From Diploschistes diacapsis (taxonomy: Eukaryota): a stretch of 41,995 nt of DNA. A program made the position numbers and the translations under genes. The first letter of the stretch is position 1. Every line of letters begins with the position of its first letter. Location of the stretch: positions 1-41,995 of the forward strand of contig JALAIB010000043.1 of NCBI GenBank assembly GCA_023645945.1, read 5' to 3'. Positions 21,501-34,801 of the stretch are shown here, piece after piece. The notes beneath the pieces were generated by a model. The model worked only from the letters and a program-made list of their open reading frames with translations, did no database searches and was not told where the DNA came from.

Positions 21501-23437
21501 TAGCGGCGCCTTCGGTAGCTTGGACAACATTTTCCCCCACAGCTGACGCGGCGTCGTTGGCGCTCTTTGCAGCAGCCTCTCTGAATGCACTGGCGCTTCG
21601 CTCCGCCAGCTTCGATGCAAGAACAACCTTAGCCGGTGTATTCCGTGTCGAAAAATTGTCCGACGCATCTTGTGCGTATACTTTCCATAGGGCTACCTCC
21701 TTCAATCGCGAAAGTTCCTTGGCGGCGTCCTCAGCAATAGAGATCCCCTTGGATTCCAACTCTTCTGCTGCGCTCGTACTCTTTTGGAGGCCCTCATGGC
21801 TAGTTGCAACGGCCCCGACTTCGTTGCGCCATTCGTCAAAGGCTTTTTTGAGCTTGTGATATTCGGCCCAATCTTTGTAGGTGACGCCATCCATCCAAGC
21901 CCATCGCATGCCGATTTCCTGCAATCCTAGGTCGCGGATGTTATCCAGGACGTCAAGGGTTGAAACAGAAGCTGCATTAACTAAAGACTGAGTTTCTTTG
22001 TCAAAGCCCTGCTTCCAGGATCTGAGCGATTGAGCTTTGAATTTGATGGCTACAGCTGCATTTCGAACAGCTTCGGAAACTTGACCCTCAGCCTTCTCGA
22101 AATCTTCTTTTGAAGGGTCGGCCGGAAGAGATTGCACAATGTTGTTGATAGATCCTTTCAAATTCGTTGTCTCTGAAGCTGTAGCTTGCTCAAGCTGGAT
22201 GATCAAGGCTTTCCCGACGCCGTTAACTTGACTCTCTACCTGGCGATTCGTGATATCTTGGACACGCTCCCTGAGATCTTCAGCGCCTTTATCAGCAGCT
22301 TTGAGAAACTTTTCCTGCCAGGTGAGCAGGTCTTTAGAAATTTTTTCTCTATCCTCAGCATCCTTCTTTAGGTCGTTTGGGAAAGATTGAGAAGGATTGG
22401 CTTCTCCCACACTATGTGGTTGCGAGATACCTGGAGTGGCATCCACAGGCTCAATAATTTCAGAGGAAGATATTTCGAAGGACTCGGTACTAACACTATT
22501 CTGTTAATAGTCCACATGGACTACAGGGTTTCGAAACTTACTTATCCACCTCATCAATAGCCGCTTTCAACTTCTGGCTGTCCCGATAGCGACCAAGCCT
22601 CTCGCTTATTCTCAGAAGCTGCGGCTCGACGTTTTCGCCGTATAAAATACGCATTTGTGGCCATAAAGTTCGATTGAGGAACTCAATCGAAGTTAAACAT
22701 GCCCATTTAGCGTACGGATACCCCGTCTCAAAGACGGCTTTATTGACAACACCGTAGGCCTTTGCAGCATACGGGCGAGAGGCGGTATAGGCCGGAAGTA
22801 CACGATCGTTATAAGCTTGGACAACATTGGTTTTTCCAGCGCTGTAATATGGTGCAGCAGCCGAGCTAACTCTATCGACGTGAGGTGCGATAGCAGCTGA
22901 ATATTGGGCGTTGACCTGCGCCTGAGCATTACGAATATGAGGCTTTACCTTCTGCTCCCAGTGATCGTGGCTATAAAGGCGTGCTTGATCAACTCGTGGC
23001 GCCAGATATTCTGTATAACCTTTTTTACCAAGTTCGACAGCCGGTGTCAGGACTTCCGTACCTAGCCTGCCTACATATGGTCGCGCTGCGTCTGTATAAG
23101 GTGAGACATACTGATCGTAGTAGGGACTGATATAGGGTGAGGCGTAGGATCGAAGCGTCAGATAAGGTTTGCAGATAGGAGATGACTGATCCGAGAGCTC
23201 TGCTGGTGATGAAGGGCACTGGAAAAGAGCGACGAAGATAGTATACCAGAATAGTAGTCTAGCCAAGTCAGTTATCTCTCCAGGCTTTGAGTAACTTGGT
23301 TACCTTGCAAATATACTGATAGTTTTTGTGCTGGAGGGCTCCGGTTTTAGCTGCTGCTGAGTAGAAGGAGAAGAAATTGTTCCTTTAGGCCGAGTTTTAT
23401 TGTGCTCTACCGCTCGGCCGTTAGGGTGAAGACCCAT
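18566..23437 (-). CDS. Large She10-like ER protein (family often mis-annotated 'transcription factor hoxa13'), 1576 aa; exons 23437-23304, 23258-22542, 22495-20720, 20669-18566
   Basis: Three GT-AG introns (45, 46 and 50 nt) join four ORFs in frame (4731 nt). N-terminal TM/signal anchor ARLLFWYTIFVALFQCP. Conserved LGLQEIGMRWAWMDGVTYKDWAEYH block. Ala/Ser-rich helical repeats. C-terminal KDEL. Confidence 0.85.
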
Positions 23438-24357
23438 TTGAGCAATCTGCAGCACTGCTGGCCTGCTGGTCCGGTCTAGATCAAGCTTCACACTTTGAGC
23501 TTCCAAACGGACTTTGGCTGCTTAAATCGCGTTGTTGTAGTGCTTCCACTGCGTCACCGCGTTGACCGAGATGAAGTTTCCTCCTTTTTTTAAGTCAGCA
23601 TCAATGACCGAATGTCATGATTCCGGTGACGGTGATTGCTCCGACAAAAAGGCAAGATCTTATCGGAACGAGTGAGATGTACGGGAGGTAATATCTAGGA
23701 GGAGGTCAGCCAGGTCTGAGGAAGTGAATTTCTTATGATAGGAGGGAGCCGCTAAGGGCGCTAGGATGCGATGCCGTCACTCTTTGCCAAGTACAGTACT
23801 GGACAATAGTAGACTACTAGGTAGGTATCTTCAACAATTCTTAATAGTTGAGTATCGCCTTTTCACCTTGTCACGCGCTGCTGCTGCTGGATTGACCCTC
23901 GCTCCTACAGTATGCTGCAGCAACAAAAGCCACCCACGGAGATAACTTGAAGGTTCCTTTACAATGGAATAGTAAGCAAACTTGAAGCTATTTGGTTTGC
24001 GTGCCAGGACCACATTTGTACGGGTATTACTATCCAGAACTCAAGCAAAAACCCTCAAATACCCTCTATCTCTTTTAATTATAGGTTGCATCCGGGGAGA
24101 TGATTTGTCTCTACTGAAGGGGATGGACTGTTTCCTAAAAACTTTCCACAGGTGGTTATCAGAAGCTCAGTAGGCTGTCGAAGTTACCAGCACAGGTCGC
24201 TCGATTCAGTCGACCCTGAAGATACTGATTTATTTGACCTCTGACTCGGCAATATTTCAACGCACACGAACTGCCCTGGACCCCCTAGCTCTTGCTCTTC
24301 TATTTATCTTCACGCCAGAAGCCTTACTACGCAGTCGACAATCAGACACTGGCTGCC

Positions 24358-27300
24358 ATGATGGATACGATGAATGATCCGTCGATTGATGCAAAGAGAA
24401 GGAATAACGAGAAGGCTATTAACGAAGGGGATACCTGCCGGATATGTCGAGGCGAAGGCTCTCAAGAAGAACCTTTGTTCTACCCTTGTAAATGCAGTGG
24501 TAGCATCAAATATGTGCATCAAGCTTGTCTCATGGAATGGCTCTCGCACTCCCAAAAGAAGCACTGCGAGTTGTGCAAGACGCCCTTCAGATTCACTAAA
24601 CTATACGATCCGCATATGCCGAATTCGGTTCCGCTGAGGGTGTTTTTCAAACAAGCTTCGCTACACGTCGTACACAGTCTGATGACCTGGGCGAGATGGA
24701 ATCTCGTGATTTTTGTCTGGCTTGGATGGGTTCCCTGGTGCATGCGAACGATTTGGCGGGGGCTCTTTTGGATTGGGGACGGTGCTTGGATCAGTCGTCA
24801 GGAAATTGAGAAGCATACACGTCGCATTGAAAGCCTTGCTGCAACAGTAGAAGCACAAACGAAAAACAACGCAACCTCTTTCCTAGCTAATGCTACCTCA
24901 AGTACTTCCGCCACCATCGCTGGGATCTTGCCAAAATGGGGACCAATATCACAAACATTGAACTCGTCAGTAAGGGAACCTGCTATTGTGTGGCTATCGA
25001 GACGAATGCTCAGCGGCTTCGTCTTTCCATACAACGCTTTGATTCAATCTCAGAACACGGTGGGAAACAGTACATCCACAAATCTCCCTCTAAGGAGCCC
25101 CTCTGTTCTTTCGGACGTCAAGTTTCTAACGAAGCTTACCCGATGGAGAACCTTGAACAGTATTGTCATTGATATTCTCGAGGGCCAGTTGATTACACTA
25201 AGCATTGTCGTTGCCTTTATCCTAGTGTTTTTGATTAGAGAGTGGGTCGTTCAGCAGCAACCGATTGTGAACTTCGTCGCCGCCGCCGAAGACGCCAGAG
25301 CACTTGAAGACCCTGCGAGAATTGTAAATAGGTTAGAGGGTCCCATTCTTCCCCAAGATGATAGGGATGTTCCTGAAGGAGAAGAAGAAGTAGTAGAAGA
25401 AGTGGTAAGGGAAGAAGAAAAAGAAGAAGCGGAATTTGGCATACAACTGCCGAAGCCTAATGCCGATACTTTATCTTTGGATTATAACCAACATGGAATA
25501 GCTACCGCTGTCGAAGCGACAAGTCATGTTAGTTCCACAGAGGACGAATTGCCTAATGAAGGAGCAGCGTCGGGTTCAGTCGGACAAAGACAACTTAGGC
25601 GGATGCCGGCAACAGATTTCTCACTCGCACGGTCTGTTGATTCGGAAGAAGCTGGGAACACGCTTGATCAGGATGGCTTGGACTCAGCGTCTCGCAGCCA
25701 AGAAACCGACTCTGATTCGGAAGCGCGACTCTCGAGACCGAGTATGCCCGCCAAAGATACCGCCGCGCAAGCGACGGATATTCAAAGGACGTTGGAAGAA
25801 GAATCTGGGGCTTCTGGGAAATCTTGGCCTGGTGTCGATGTGTTTATGGATCTTTGGAATCGTGCAGACGGCGACCCTGACCAAGTTCTGCGCATAATCG
25901 AGCAGGAAGGCCAGGTTGAACAATTTGGATGGATAGTTTCCGCCATGAAAAGGCTTCAGAAGTCGCGCGCCCAAAAATCTCGTGGAGGATCCAAGACTGA
26001 TGGTCAAAACGATACTCAGGGACCATCTCTGGAGACAACCCTGGACGAACAAGGGAGTCAAGAAAGCAACGAGAGTTGGCAAGTAGTGGATGATCTGGAC
26101 AACCGGTGTGACTCCTCTACGCTATTACGTAAAGAACTAGAGCCGCATCTCCCAGGGTCATCCGGATTCAGCGACGAGAGCACACGTGCAATTCCATGGG
26201 CAGGCAGCTCGCCTGGTGAATCAAGCAGTACACCTGCTCAATCAGCAGAGGCGGCCCAAAATAACATCGAACCTTCTAGTCAATCTCGTGGGCCTTCATC
26301 TGTAGACATCCCTCAGCTACCCTATAATGAACGTAATGAGGGGGAAATGCAGGCGAATGAGGCTCCGACGTTCCGCGCGGTTATTCGGGATTGGCTCTGG
26401 GGTGGGATTCCCCCTACTAATGCGATTGCTGAAGAGCCCGAAGTAGACGAAGAACATGTAGTAGAGAACATCGCAGAAGAAGCACCGTTTGTACCAGCCG
26501 CTGAAGGGCAGCCAATTGTTGCCGCTGGCGACAACGCAGACCTTGTCAATCGACCAATGGATCCGGAAATAATCAGGGCTGCTAATGAAGCGGGAATCAA
26601 CCCTAATGATGTGGAGGCGATCGAGGAAGGGGAGGATCTCGAAGGTGTCATGGAACTCATTGGTGTGCAAGGCCCTATAGGAGGTCTCGTACAGAATGGC
26701 ATTTTCAGCACGGTCCTTATCTCGATGACTGTCCTCCTTGGAATATGGGTGCCTTACATATTTGGCAAGCTGATACTGGTATTCGTGGCAAACCCGACGG
26801 CTTTGCTTATCAAGATGCCATTACGATGGATGTCAACGACAGCTGATATGATTGTGGACTCCTTCATCTTCCTTTTCGGCTGTGCATTCTATTGGCTTGA
26901 TCGTTTGGTACGCTGCACAGCTACTCCCTTGAGTTGGGCGTTCCCTTTCATCCGTGTTGTGCAGCAGGATGATTTGATCCCCATTACTGCACATCGGTTC
27001 ACCTGGAATGCCGCAGAAAGGTTGGCAAGAAACTTCTTTCAAACAAGCGACCAATTCTCGGACTTGGACATTCCCATATTCTCTATCGTAGCCCATGAGT
27101 CGCTACAACAGATAGAGAACTCAACATCCAATGTTATCGACACTGTGTTTGCAGGTATTAGATCTATCGCCGAGTCGTCCTCTCCTGGGTTTCACATCCT
27201 TAATCTCATCTGGCACAGTGCCTGTCTGATTATTCTGAAACTATTGAGATTGCCGCAGCAGGTATCCTATACTAGCACAGAGTTACTCCGAACAGCACCT

Positions 27301-29397
27301 CTTCTACTTCAATCGAACCCATTGAAGATCAACCTTGATGTCCCTGCTCGAACGGAGCCCTTAGACTACGATTTGGCCGCTTGGGGTACACGGGATCGCA
27401 TTTTCACCATATTCGTCGGTTATGGGTTCTTCTCAATTATTGGAGTGCTTTATCTGAAAGCTCGTCGCCTCGTTAAGGATTTCCATCAAGAAGCAGAATT
27501 GGGTGACGGAGCTGTGATTGACGGGCTTAATCAAGCTGCCGGAGTGCTCAAAGTCATTCTGATAATCACGATTGAAATGATCATCTTTCCACTCTACTGC
27601 GGCATGTTGCTGGATATCGCCCTCCTTCCTCTTTTTGAGGATACTACTATAGTATCGAGACTTCTCTTCACAGCAAAATCTCCAGCAACTTCCCTATTCG
27701 TACACTGGTTTGTTGGTACATGCTACATGTTTCATTTCGCCCTGTTTGTGTCGATGTGTAGGAAAATAATGCGGAGCGGAGTTTTGTGTAAGTTTCTGAC
27801 AAGCCACCCCTGGTTTGACTAATTTTACATAGACTTCATCCGAGACCCCGACGATCCTTCGTTCCACCCAGTTCGTGACGTACTAGAGAGGAATGTTTCA
27901 ACTCAGCTGCGGAAAATACTATTCAGTGCCCTGGTCTACGGTGGTCTAGTTATCATCTGCCTTGGTGCAGTTGTCTGGGGCTTATCGTCGATCCTGCGTG
28001 GAGTTTTCCCCATATACTGGTCATCGAACGAGCCAGTTCTCGAGTTTCCTGTGGATCTATTGGTATATAACTTCCTCATGCCAGTGGCCATTAGATTCTT
28101 TAGACCATCAACCGGCCTTCAAGATATGTACAAATGGTGGTTCCGTAAATGCGCACGAGCTCTGCGATTAACAAACTTTCTCTTTGGTGAAAAGAAAGAC
28201 GATGAAGAGGGTTACTACACTCAGACCGTCATGAAAGCAGAAGAGACCCTCCAGCATCAAGGTGCCGATACAGAACCTCAGCAGAGAAACCGAATGTTCG
28301 TCCGTGATGGACGCTTGGTCCGTGTACCTGCTTCCGACTCGGTTCGGATACCGAAAGGCAACAAGACGTTTGTAGAGATCGACCAAGAGGGAAATCGATT
28401 GGACGGACTCCCGGACAACCATCACGGCCTCCACGGGCGAGAGAACCGGATGTTCTCGTCGGTTTACATCCCTCCAAACTTTCGTCTCCGCATAGCCGGC
28501 TTCATTCTGTTGCTCTGGCTCTTCGCTGCAACGACTGGTCTGAGCCTAACAATCTTGCCTCTAGTTTTTGGTCGATTCGTTTTTGCTCACCTTGTACCGT
28601 CACATCCCCGGGTGAACGACATTTACGCCTTCGCCATAGGCATGCACCTACTTGGTGGCCCGCTTTATCTTATCGTTCATTACCGCAATCGGCTCTCTTC
28701 TCCTTTGGAACGGCAACCGGCGGTTAGGAACGTCCGCGTTGACGCCATCAAATCTTCGCTCCGTAGAGTTCTGTCCGGTGGGCTTCGTCTTCTTCGAGTA
28801 TTGTATTTCTACGGAGCTTTCACAATACTTCTGCCTTCTTTGTTTGCATGTGTATATGAAGCCTACCTGCTCGTGCCGTTGCACACCTATTTCTCAAGGG
28901 ATCAAATACCGCCTACTCCCTACACTGTGCATTTCATTTCTGACTGGACTCTCGGCGTTTTGTACGTACGAGTTGGGATTCGACTTATTCTTCAATTCCA
29001 GGGATCTCGACCGAGTCGAGCATTGCGAGCACTGGTTTCTCAGCCAAACAATGGTGCTTCATGGCTGGATCCTGATATTCGGCTGGCAACCCGTGCATTC
29101 ATCTTGCCTCTCACAATTCTTCACGTTCTAGCTTTAGTGGTTCCGCTTGGCCTCGGCTGGGCGATGAACGCAACCTGGTTTTATGGCGCAGCGGGATCAT
29201 CGCAGACGGTGGTCTATCGGTACGCATACCCGGCTGTGTTATTCTTCGTTCTAGCATATGCTTTGGGTAGAATTCTACGGCGCGCTTTGGGTAGGTGGAG
29301 GTCCAAGGTTAAGGACGAGGTCTACTTGATTGGGGAGAGGTTACACAATTTTGGCGAAAAAAGGCCTAGGGTTAACAGGCTTACCACGCAGGTCTGA
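24358..29397 (+). CDS. SSM4: RING-CH (RINGv) membrane E3 ubiquitin ligase Doa10/Ssm4 (MARCH6 family), about 1664 aa; exons 24358-27787, 27833-29397
   Basis: CRICRGEGSQEEPLFYPCKCSGSIKYVHQACLMEWLSHSQKKHCELC (C4HC3 RINGv). Many TM segments. A 45-nt intron (GTAAGT..ACTAAT..TAG) restores the conserved GVLYFIRDPDDP. C-terminal KDEVYLIGERLHNF motif. Confidence 0.95.
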
Positions 29398-30043
29398 TGG
29401 CGTTTTAGGCGAGGAAGATTGACTGTTCTATGCTTCACGATGGTTGAGAGCGCTCTTACCCTAGCACAAGTCTGTAAAGTAATGAATAGGTTTGTTACAT
29501 CCCAGAATAGGACACTTTGGAATACTTGTTGATCGTCGGACCTGTTCAAACTTTGTGAAAGCACAGCATGGGACAACCTAGGTCATATGGTTAGCACTAA
29601 TGGAGTTCAGTTCGGTAACAACTTGGTGGGCCTGGCATCTATCTAGTTCATATGCACTGTGATAGATTAGGGAAACACCTATGATAAAGCCACCTCTTTG
29701 GGCAATCCGCAATGGCCCCTGTTAATCGAGCATCCGAAATTGCGAATGATCCAAGACCCAGTCACCAATACATCTCAAGGAAATGTTCGAACTACTGGTC
29801 TTAAAACCATCCATCTCATGTATGCAACACTGGCTTGTTCCTCTATATATAACTGACGAAGACCCCGCAGTGTTACCTCCATAGGTGCGCTTAGACATCT
29901 TGCCTAAGTGAATCGAAGTCACAAAATGGCCCCCTTGCAATATTTGCCATCAAATGGTTCATACGCAGTCTCAATCCATCCCCATTGCAAAGAGAATACG
30001 AACAGATAGAGACAACAAGTCCTGTGCTGTTACTAAAAGCAGG

Positions 30044-31395
30044 ATGTCCGAATCTAAACGGCAGCCACTAGACAATTATATATTCCAGCGCAACACGAAT
30101 GCTACAGCTAGGTACCGTCAGGCCATTTATTGCTTACCCCCAAGAAAGCCCAGACTAACGCGCTCTCATTAGGTTGAATTACCAGTACTACCTGTGGCAA
30201 GACGCCTTGGGCTTCCTGCTGCATCCCAGTATACCTAAGCTTGGTCCCAATGCGAGGGTCGCCGATGTCGCAACAGGCTCAGGGTGAGTGTAGTTCTAAC
30301 AAGACTGTCATTTCATTCATTGTGCCGTTATCCTCGCGTCGCTGTCATAGAATCCTCAATGAGCCGTTTCGATTTTAAACCTTACAGTTATGTAGGATAT
30401 GGCTGTTCGATGTCGCGCGGGACTGTCCAGCGGATATCAAACTTATGGGGTTTGACATAAGCCTTCAGCAGCTACCGCATCCTTCGCATTACCCGTCTAA
30501 TGTGGCTTTCCAGCCGTGGGACTTCTTCGAGCCCGCCCCTGAAGAGTTACGAGGATCCTTTGACCTTGTACATATCCGCCTGATTGGGGTTGCGATCAAG
30601 AACGAAGATACAGGCGCAATCCTAAAGAATATCAAACGTTTGCTAAGTAAGTAAATCTCCTCAACTTAACAATGGCAAACCACGATCTGGACTATAAAGC
30701 TCCGATTGTTTTTATACATCGCTGGTTCCTAACCATTCTGCAGAGCCGGGCGGGTACCTGCAGTGGGAGGAACCGGATGATCGCAACATCACCATTGTAG
30801 CACCCCCTGACTGGACGGACTCTTCGCAGCTACCCGGGTTGAATGGCTTCAAAGACTTGATCTCAGAGGAACTCAAGGGTTCAAACGGACAGTAAGCAAG
30901 ATCTATTCTTGTTCGCATAATCCTCCTTTCTCCTACCTCTGCACTTGCAGAGTAGCGATTCACCACTCCTACAATCTGGACATGAACTCATATTCCAATG
31001 CTGAACCTCCATAGAACCATACTACATTCCAGAAAATGGAACCAAAACATCCCAACCATCCTACGCGATCAGGGGTTCGAGGACGTGGAGAAGTTCGCAT
31101 ACCAAGAGCGGCCCACGCACGGGAGCTTTCACACAGTCATGTAAGTATACGCTCCGCCAGCGACGCATGCCATGGCCCAGCAGCTGGCGTTTTGTGCTCT
31201 TTAAGAGTCAGCTAAGGCATCCTCAGCTATGAATTGGGCGCGGAAGAGTTCATGGCCCTCATGCTTACAAAGGACGAAGCGCTTGCGCAGAAGCTACGCG
31301 ATATGATTGACAACGCGCGACAGGAAAACCAGATGGGTGCCTGGCTATCGAATCCGAAAGCTGTGTATGTCGCCCGGATGCCACCAGAGGGGTAG
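30044..31395 (+). CDS. Class I SAM-dependent methyltransferase, LaeA-like/UmtA-like; exons 30044-30111, 30173-30283, 30396-30646, 30744-30891, 31033(or 31015)-31140, 31227-31395
   Basis: Spliced product contains RLNYQYYLW, motif I VADVATGSGIW, GFDIS, FDLVHIR and LLKPGGYLQWEE. Five GT-AG introns, all in frame. Ends VYVARMPPEG*. Confidence 0.88.
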
Positions 31396-32228
31396 AAACC
31401 GTGAAGGTATGCGAAAGGGCGTCGTAAAGCTTTCCCATTAGAATATCCTTCTGTAAGCTCAGTGCTTGCGGATGTATCGTTATTCTGGTGTCAGTTAGTC
31501 GGGATGCACGATCAGGTCTTGTCACTGTTCTATCTTGATTCTCGTTATCGTTGTTATGCCAAACCTCGTTGCTTGAGACTGTGACTGCATCCCTTTGAGG
31601 ATGACCTTTGAAGTTCAAGCTGTTAGAGTCATACTATACCCGATATGGCAAATCAAGGCCAGCATGGATGGCGAGAACCGAGCCTTCTAGCCCCTTCAAG
31701 CTACCGAGGTCATCACGTACCTCCCTTACGAATATACACTAAACTTTCATAGCGACCCACTTACTTTTACGCCTTGGCCATCTCATATACGTTGTAACTC
31801 TGAACGTGTGGCACGAATGAATATCTCCGTTAACGAAAAGGATCCTACCGGGATCATGAGGCTCGTACAGCACAGTATCGTTTACATATACGTCTCTGTA
31901 GCGAGCTTGTAAGCTTAAGCCGCTCGGCCGCTGATGATATAAGGCAAGATAATGGGCCACTCGCACGACCTAAACCCCCCGTGCAGATTGCAGGCTACGT
32001 GCTCAGCACGGCGAGCAGTGCGGGCAGTTTTTGCGCTGAGCCTTGCGCGCGCGCGCACCCAAGCTATTCTAAAGGGCGCGAACGAGGATATTATCGGGAC
32101 TGGGGGAACTTGAAGTCGAGGTGCTGAAGACCGCGGCAATGCTTCCGCGCATCGGAATATCCTCAGTCCAAGCTTAAGCTCTTGTCCAGCGATGGAGCCA
32201 TGCAGGGGGCAGCAGCAGTACTACCACC

Positions 32229-32732
32229 ATGGCCCGCAGTCCCAGTGAGGCACAACAGCGACCTCGCAACCAAGAGCAGCCGGCCAGGTCGACCCCGATG
32301 ACCAGAGCCCTACGCCCGCAGGGTTACGTCGTAAAGCCAGACTACAACGTCCCGGCCCGCCGCCGAAAGTCGCTGACCAAACCAACCTGCTGCAGCGGCT
32401 CGGGAACAAGCGGGCGCAAAACACGGGCGGCGAGGGCAACGGAGAAGATGGCGGACGCGCGCGCGAAGATGCGGGATAGATTGGGGAGACTCCGCAAGAA
32501 GCTTGCGGCAATGGAGATGGAGGCGGAGGAAGAAATTGGGAAGGAAGGGGGGCCCGGGTCGAAGAAGGGGAGAGAGGTGGTGAGGGAGTTTGAGGGGGAG
32601 AGGAGAGGCGTGGAGGAACATTTGAGGAAGGAGGAGAAGATGGGGGATGGGAGGGATGAAATTATTGTTCTTATTACAAATACACAGGAGAAATGTGCTG
32701 CTGAAATGCTCTTTCAAGGCTGGATGCGCTAA
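32229..32732 (+). CDS. Hypothetical charged/coiled-coil-like protein (167 aa)
   Basis: ATG-initiated ORF in a good context (ccaccATGG) with an E/K/R-rich helical segment; no recognisable family. Confidence 0.4.
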   Translation: MARSPSEAQQRPRNQEQPARSTPMTRALRPQGYVVKPDYNVPARRRKSLTKPTCCSGSGTSGRKTRAARATEKMADARAKMRDRLGRLRKKLAAMEMEAEEEIGKEGGPGSKKGREVVREFEGERRGVEEHLRKEEKMGDGRDEIIVLITNTQEKCAAEMLFQGWMR

Positions 32733-34220
32733 CCATAACACCAGCCCTAAGCTCGTTTAGGCAATTTTACATGGAAACGGGGACCCTTCGCATATGGCAT
32801 CCGGGTTGCACATCCTTTATTCACTCACTGCTCTCACCTCGTTCCTTATCTGCCGGGCAATCATTTAGCGTTCAAATGCTTCAGACAAACGGTCCTGTGA
32901 TTGAGAACAATTTCTTCTCAGCCATCAGTTACTTCGATTGTAGTTTTCAAAAATGGACTCAAGATTCCCTGAAGAGAGGATGGGTTCCGCGTAGGCAGCG
33001 GGTTAAAGGAATTTTTGTGCTCGTATACACAAGGCTGTTATCACCTCTCACGGTATATATCCTACAATATATCCTCCCACCATCGCATTCTTTCTTCCCG
33101 CAAGGCCTTTCCTCTTTGTGAGAAACACCTATCGGTCTTTTGGCAGCATTCCGAAGCGCACCCCCCCCAACCTAACTGGCGATGCCCTATAATCGCATGT
33201 GTCTCACGGCAACCTGCCTGCTCTATATCATCGCTGAAATTCTGACGAAGCGGTCGCGACACACAAGTCAGTCCCGTCCCCGGCTCGTTCTAGTACCACC
33301 GTACCAAGACAAAGCCACTACCTTCCCGACCAAACTAACCGCCCCATTCCCTGCAACCTCCTCTAGTCCTCCCAGCGCAGACGACCCCCTCTTCCAGAAC
33401 CTTGTCTCAGCAGCATAGGTCATCTTCACTTTCTTCTACAAACCGCCGTCAACACCGACGTTCACCGCCGTGAATTTCGCCATCGCCGCCTACTCCGCCA
33501 CCATATACTCCGCGCACAGAGCTCTCCGTAGCCTCGCCCGAGTTGGGACGTCTTCGAGATGGCGTGTGGTAACTGCGCTTTACTTCTAGCAGGTTGCTGG
33601 GCAATGATGTTGCCGTCGCGTTTGGCAATGGCGCGCCTGAATTTTGGCTGGAAAGGGTTGTTACGTGGCGTTTTGTGGTCTCTTAAGGGCGCTTCTTCGC
33701 ATTATTGGGCTCACGTTTTTTCGGACTCTTACCATAGGAACTGCGCGTATATGCAAGCCTCGATATGCGGGTGAAGTGAGGAAGGTTTCTGCATCTAGGG
33801 GTCATATCTTTTTGGGTCATTTTGGCTTCGGTGCTGTTGTTCAAGCTAGTGAATATGGGCAGTAAACCAGATGTGGAACCTGACTTTTATCATATCTCTG
33901 ATCGATGAACGTTCAAAATGGCTGTATGGAAGAGAAACCCTCAACGAGAAGGAAAGCTCTGGTCCGAAGTCTAATGAGGATCAGGTGTCGGAGAGAAGTT
34001 AAAAAGTGAGAAGGTGATGGCTTAAAGGAGAAATCAGAAATTTTGGTGGAATGACGAGCAGCAACTTTGGGCATAGTGGCTTGTATAAACCGAATAATCC
34101 GTGCTTCGGATTGCTCATGTGCCAAATACACTATGCTCGAGACCAGAAACTCCAGAAATCTACATTCGCTAAACAGTACTCGCTCCATAACTGTACAAAA
34201 AACAAAGGAAAGCCATGATC

Positions 34221-34801
34221 CTAGAAACCTGGAGGATTAACTCTCTGACTGACTCTCGTCCATTTCGGTAGCTCTGCGAAAAACACAGATCAGCTTCCTT
34301 CCTAAAGACATGCTCTACCCACAACTTCCCACAAAGTACCGATACCGTCTATAAGAAAACCGAAGGAGGAGTGCAACGTACTATGTATCCCCTTCCGATA
34401 CCGCTTCTCTTTCCGATCGAACATTGTGTATTTATCCTTCGGTAGCATCTGCTGTTCCGTGGGCATTTCCGCTTTCCACCGCTCTATCGATTGCATTGTG
34501 TGACCCTTTTTCGCAAGTGCCTTGTCGACCGTCGCGACTACCGAGTCCACTGCGCGTAATCGCTGCCGCTGCCGAGCTTTCTGGGGGCCGGAGAGTCGCC
34601 AAGGAATTTTCCTGCGAGCATAGGGTCAGTAGAGTATGGAACGTGCCGAAAGGACAAGAAGGTAAGGGAGCGTTGAGGAAACAAAGATTTCAGTCGGAAT
34701 AGAATGTAAAGTGCTCATGGCAATCGCAGAGGATTGCAGCGAGGCGCATACCAGAGGAGACCACCTGAGAGGGGAGAAGTAGCTTTGAAGGGACCGAACA
34801 T
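34221..34801 (-). CDS. MRPL31: Mitochondrial 54S ribosomal protein L31 (mL60), 110 aa; exons 34801-34752, 34611-34382, 34273-34221
   Basis: Spliced MFGPFKATSPLSGGLLWKIPWRLS...[37 protein letters not shown]; canonical introns; 333 nt. Confidence 0.95.

Noticed and set aside
29712..29721. ATGGCCCCTG, resembling part of U6 snRNA
   Set aside because: The flanking U6 elements (ACAGAGA box, downstream AAGGATGAC) are absent.
34612..34751. Possible box C/D snoRNA in the 140-nt MRPL31 intron 1
   Set aside because: Only a CTGA and a small hairpin; no proper RTGATGA box C or terminal stem.
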